A DNA stretch of 54,643 nucleotides, filler included, from Jimgerdemannia flammicorona (taxonomy: Eukaryota), in assembly GCA_003990765.1 (NCBI GenBank). It is 3 parts of 3 records of this genome, joined end to end, with 100 filler letters (N's around TTAATTAATTAA, not from the genome) between each part and the next. Parts side by side here need not be neighbours in the genome. Positions count along the whole stretch, not along the records: positions 36,498 to 54,643 come from RBNJ01002289.1; 2 more parts are not named here. One strand, 5' to 3'. Below the pieces are notes generated by a model. The model was not told the DNA's origin. It searched no databases and saw nothing but the letters and a program-made list of their open reading frames with translations. Positions 49,271-54,643 of this stretch are shown piece by piece. Both the position numbers and the translations under genes were made by a program. Each line of letters starts with the position of its first letter. Position 1 is the stretch's first letter.

Positions 49271-51383
49271 TTTATAAACACAAAAAGGAGAGGGTACTGA
49301 CCACGTGATATTGTGACTTATTCCCCTAAACCCAGTCTATGAAATCCGATCGGATATCACCGTAATCCGATACGGGATCAATCTTACAATAATCCGATAG
49401 GAGATAGGGACCTTTCTCTCTGTGGGAAAAATAAGCTCTCATCTGTCTGGCGTGAGCAATTGCCATGTAGGGTATTAAACGGCGTGGCCGTTCTTAATCA
49501 AATAAATTCCCCCCAACCTGAACTTGTCAGCAACAAGATCCGCCTATTAGTTGCTACCCTGTTATTGAAGAATGTCGCGCTTTTTCGGAAATGACACCCT
49601 TACCCAAAATTACCGAGCTTCAGATGAAATTGATTGTGTTTCCGATCGTTCCCGTCTCTAAATCTTCTACGGGGAGGGTTTTTTTTATCATTTGTATTTC
49701 TCTCTGGATATTTCATCTACGGCGCCCATGGCACCTTGGCCCCTCGACTCAAGGCTACCGCCACGACTACCATTGTTCCAAAAACGCTGCTTTCTTGTCT
49801 TTACCTACGTGAATGGAATGGGGTAATGGAACCAGTTAAAGAATTGCGAACTGATACAAACGCAGAAAACACGTTGCTCTGTCTGTATAGATGGAACCTA
49901 AGGCACCTGCTTTTCCCAAAACCTTTGTCATCCCCCCTTCCGTCGGGTCGCATACTCACGTAACTGAAAATTTATGCCGAGTCGTTGGTTTCATTGCTTT
50001 GTAAGACGGTTTTTTCAATTTTTATTTTTATTTTTATTTTTTTTAAAAAAAAAAACAAATTCGGTTATTTCTCTTTCGAGGGGTTTACTTGTGTACCCCA
50101 CGCTGTTTCCCTTACAATACATATCATAAATGCTTCGAAGGAATGAATGGTCACCAAGATCTGTTAGCGTGGACCGAGACTTATCCGGTTCACCTGCCGC
50201 GGCGAGCACATTTCCAAAATGCTTATATCCTTCCCCCCCCCCCCCCCCCCCCCACAGGACTTGGCAAATCTTAGTCTCACAACCAAAAGGCGCAAGATTT
50301 CGCATTTCAATCGGAGATCGTCATAGGTCAATGTCAAAATTAGGAAGATGGCCCATTGTTCTCTTTCGGGATCCACATGGTGACATAATGATGGACTCCA
50401 CACCTCGTGTTGCAATAACTAAAGAAAACAAAAAAGCGTACTATAATACCATCGAAACTCGATAGTGGTGAAAAATAATTCAAAGCAGTGTCGGATTTTC
50501 TCCCTCAAAAGTACATCGACACGGATCCAAAGAACCTCACACCTGTCATTATGGGTGGTGGGGCGCCATACCATTCGCCGAAATTAGAGATGAAAAATTC
50601 ACTTACAGCAAACAATAGCTCCACCGTCAAAATAAAATTTAATTATGAGCTACTACTCTTGAGTTTAGTAATAAACTAGTTTGCAATCAGAACATTGCCT
50701 TCCCTGATTGAAAGGCTTCAATGTGCCCTACCGATGCTCTAGGCAGTTATTGTGCCGATGGTCGTCCCACCGGTACTTTTTCTTCAAACCCGCAGCAATC
50801 GTGATTGGGAGCTACATTACAGACGCATAATGAGCATCCGTTCTCGTCCACTCGCCGCTAGGAATTCTCACGGCCTCACGGTCGCACTACTACTATGGAT
50901 TTCCTGGGTCTTGATTATCAACAAACTAGATGTATGCCCAATCACCTTACTCCAGCTCTAGTAAACCACCATTGGTACACATAGCTGTGGATAGGGTTAC
51001 CCCGCGCAAACTTAAAATGCGTACTACACAAAACAAGTACCTTATATATATTAGACCACCTATCATAACTGATATCTCCCATTCACTTCCGATGACATCC
51101 GGCCATATTGAGTTATTTGATATATTTCTCTTTGCAAATTCCGGCTCAGTCACCACTAACGTGCACCAAGAATGAAACACCTCACGTTAATTAATTGTAA
51201 TGGAATATAAAGTGGCATTAGCATAACCGTTCTAGTATTATTTCATGTCATACAAATTTATCATTTCAAAGCCAGTGTCCACGAGGTGGTGTCCTTAATA
51301 CAATCATTATGCGTATCATCCCATTTGACTATATAAGTCGATCTGAATTCCGTACAATTCGAACGCTTCTACCTCATTCAAAC

Positions 51384-51899
51384 ATGGGCAATAAACTTTC
51401 ACGAAGTCGTGCTCCAAACCTTCGGTTCCGCAAACGTCATACAGACGAGGTATCCCGTCGTAGCCCTATGATGGAGGCGTATGGTGTTTTAATTGTGTGC
51501 TTCCTCCAGATAATTTGCGACCAAGTCCCAGTGAAGAAAGAAAAATGCCGGAGAAGCTTCCTTTTGGAGTTGCAATTCTCTGATTCGGAGCCAGAGAAAC
51601 TTGTGGCGGTCACGGTTAACAACCCCGGCGATAATAGTAACCGAATGGAGCTGTTAAAAAGTCTCAAATCGGTAGAACGGCGCGCTTGCTACCGCCGGGA
51701 CTGGTCGATATTCTGGGACTTCGTCGACGAGCGATTTTCTCAGGTGGAAGAAGAGTTCGAGAAATTCATGTTGGAGCTTGTGACAAAAGTTAACAGGGGT
51801 CCACTAAGGATCGACGACATCATCATGGAAGCGAATCCCTACGCGGGCATCGACATACGTTCGATGATCTTTCTTATTCAATTCCACGAGTCCCAATAA
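51384..51899 (+). CDS. Hypothetical 171-aa protein, candidate N-myristoylated; paralog of 38862-39383
   Basis: Intact ORF MGNKLSRSR..; TATATAA ~55 nt upstream; shares KLVAVT, DWSIFWDFVxERF and LELVxxVNRG with the paralog. Confidence 0.8.
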   Translation: MGNKLSRSRAPNLRFRKRHTDEVSRRSPMMEAYGVLIVCFLQIICDQVPVKKEKCRRSFLLELQFSDSEPEKLVAVTVNNPGDNSNRMELLKSLKSVERRACYRRDWSIFWDFVDERFSQVEEEFEKFMLELVTKVNRGPLRIDDIIMEANPYAGIDIRSMIFLIQFHESQ

Positions 51900-53039
51900 G
51901 ACACTTGAGATGTGGGACTCATGCATAGTGATCTCACAATACAATTGCATCATGAACTATTTACATTACCCCAATATGTCTATGCTAGTATTTGTACCTT
52001 CCACTTAAGTATTCTGATATATTTCAGATATTCCAATTTCACGATCCTTGGCTTTGAGCTGGATCGTGCATAGTATATGATCGAGCCAAACTATTATGCT
52101 ATGAATATTTATGAAATGAGCGTCACACTGTAAGCATCATATGTCAAATCTAAGTATAAACCAACCAGTATAGCCTTTATCAATTATATCTTTATATTTC
52201 TTACGGTGGACATTATTAATATTTGAGATAGCAGAAGAACAGTCGGGGCTTTAACAGTCTGAGTTCACGATAAACAATGACCATATCTGGTATTTTCTCC
52301 ACACTAAAATTAATTCAAGCAGGTGCGAGATTTTCTTGGTCAAGAACGCATTGACACTAAACGAGGGAGTCTCGGTGAATAATGGGACGACCGAAATTTG
52401 GGAGGATCTTAAAATTGACCTAAGGCAAACAATATCATTATCATTGAAAAAAAAAAAAAAAAAACGAATTATCTGAGTTTAGGAATGAACCACCTTTAAT
52501 TTGAACATTGCCTTATTTCCCTGGCTGAAATTCTTCCATATGTCCTTCATGCTCACTGTCATCATAGTATCGTTGGTAGTTCCACCTATTTTTTTTTCCG
52601 AACTCTGCGGCATATCTTGTTGGAAGGAATAGCGAAGCCACGGAAGTCTTTACTTGAGACAGTACTCTACAATAGAGATTTCATTGCTGACAGTGAATTG
52701 CTAAACTAAGCAAATTCGGCGACCCGTCGAACAGAAAATTTGAGCTTGTTGACTTGTATACGAGTTAAGTTGGCCTCATCGTTCTTATTTGTTTACTGCT
52801 GTAGAGTTTATTGCATAGCGACTTTCTAAAGTGGTTGTCTCGATATTGTCGCTGCCCGACGTATGACTCACAAGTTATGTGACGCCGCATCAGCCATTAT
52901 TGATTTTTGTGGCTGGCGCCGGACCAAGACGGAAACGTCAATGCACGTGATCTTTCAAGAACACGTAATATAAATAAAATAAAATTAATTAAATAATTAA
53001 ACATTTTATTTTATTTATCTATTATATATATTGTAACAT

Positions 53040-54625
53040 AGTGGATGCATACTGGAAGAAGTGTGGTAGATTTCTATATCTTGAATATTTGATCTTCTTT
53101 GACTTCTCAGAGTTCTCAGATATAGGGGTGGGTAAGTTCAAAGTGTATCTTGCTGCAGGCTTACTAGTTTCTTGCCTCTTTGCTTGAACTATTTCAATCT
53201 GAGATTTATTCACTCTAGATACCAGATATATTTATATAAGTTTGTGAGCTATATGGTTGCTAAGTTAAGAATTTCTTTTCTGTGAGTTATTTTGTATAGT
53301 TGAGAGATATGTACATCTGTGAAATCTGTATAGCTGAGAGATCCATACATATATGCTTTTCATATAATTATACAAATCATATAACTGAGGGATTAAGTAA
53401 CTACTAAACTATATCTAGAATTAGATTTAGATACTATGATAAAATATATATCTTCTGATTATTATTTCTATTTTAGATCAACTATCACAACTTTTTCTGA
53501 TTAAGTGATTTTAACTCTGAATTATCTTATGCAAACTTCTATACTTCAACCAATTATATATTCTTATACTATATAATCTGCTTAATTATATTCTTCTAAT
53601 AATATTGCTTTATAAACTAGAAATCTCCTAAGACTACTCTTCAGAAATGGATTAGAGCTTACTTATTCTCCTTGAATAGTTTTTAGACCTACTTTTCTAT
53701 AGTGATCTGAGTGTAAGTTATCTGATACTTTGCAATCTATTCTTCTTTAATTATGTTCTTTTTATTTAGTAATTTTCTCAACTTAAAGTACTCTTAAAAC
53801 TCAATATGATATTAGTAGACTTCAAAGTATGAAATTTATAATAGATGAATCTATATAATACTTTGAATACTATTAAAGGATTCCTCTATAGCTAATAGTT
53901 CAGTAGAACACTATTGTCTTTCTATGGCTTTCTGGATAGTACTTATAATCCTAAGGGCTAGAGTAGTTCTTTATTAGTTAGTTATAATACTTCTTAAGTC
54001 AGTTTCAATAGAGTGTGGTTGGAATGATTATACATATTAGTTTTTATAGCCAAAAGGTGATTCCTTTTATATTTTGTACAATATAAGATTCTTTCTACTT
54101 AGGCTTTCATTTTGGTATTTATAAAGCTTTTATTATATTCTAATATACTAGAACTTTGTCTCCTATCTTAATAATCTCTAAGGACTTGTAAATATTCTTT
54201 ATATTATACTATTATAATATCTCTATCTTAATTACATATATAATCTTCATATTTTAGCAACTATATATTTCTATACTATATCTCTATTAAATGATAGGGG
54301 TTCTTTTAAACTTTCTTCTCTAAACAGCAATTCTTAAAGTATAAAATGAGTCTATATAGAACCTTAAAGAGCTAGTTTACAAATTCTGTTCTTCTGTCTG
54401 TTGTAACTTACTTTGAGATCTTGAATCAGCAGATGATATCTTTGTGAAAAAAATTAGCAATTAACTATATATTGGCTTTTTTGAGAAATTCTGCTTCTAT
54501 TTATATTATACAGAGATCCATAATGATAATAATATATTAGTTACTAGTCAATATCAAGAGTAGTAGACTAATTAAATCTTTACAATATTACAAATAGTAC
54601 TAGTTCTATATCTGCTGATCTCAGT
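53040..54625 (-). mobile_element. Family-B-related copy B2: integrase 3' part, PPT, LTR (53161-53489), then leader sequence
   Basis: 53490-54620 is colinear with 42700-44030; the LTR starts TGTGATAG after agaaaaag; 53066-53160 matches 48483-48580. Confidence 0.85.
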
Positions 54626-54643
54626 TTTTTTTTTTTTTTTTTT

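Noticed and set aside
49591..51180. Several short overlapping ORFs
   Set aside because: No motifs, homopolymer runs and overlapping frames; probably non-coding.

Overview
Eukaryotic, transposon-dense DNA, probably from an early-diverging fungus (inferred from short spliceosomal introns, a symplekin with a full Symplekin_C domain, and chromoviruses). The window is three unrelated contigs of 18149, 18148 and 18146 bp joined by N/TTAATTAATTAA linkers, so adjacency across the gaps means nothing. Most of it is nested, C>T/G>A-eroded mobile DNA: two Ty3/gypsy families, a Tc1 element, an intron-containing hAT with MITEs, CCC..GGG MITEs and a LINE ORF1 remnant. Host genes are the 3' part of symplekin and two intronless paralogous orphan genes with MGNxxS N-termini. 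The most unusual object is chromovirus family A. It has ~2.05-kb LTRs containing a ~365-codon ORF in U3, a ~300-codon Met-free in-frame extension upstream of Gag, and a dUTPase between nucleocapsid and protease. Family B also carries a dUTPase, but between protease and RT. Both families have the same unannotated CPHG...DCxxC motif between dUTPase and protease, in mirrored order. All assignments come from reading and translating by eye; no searches were run.
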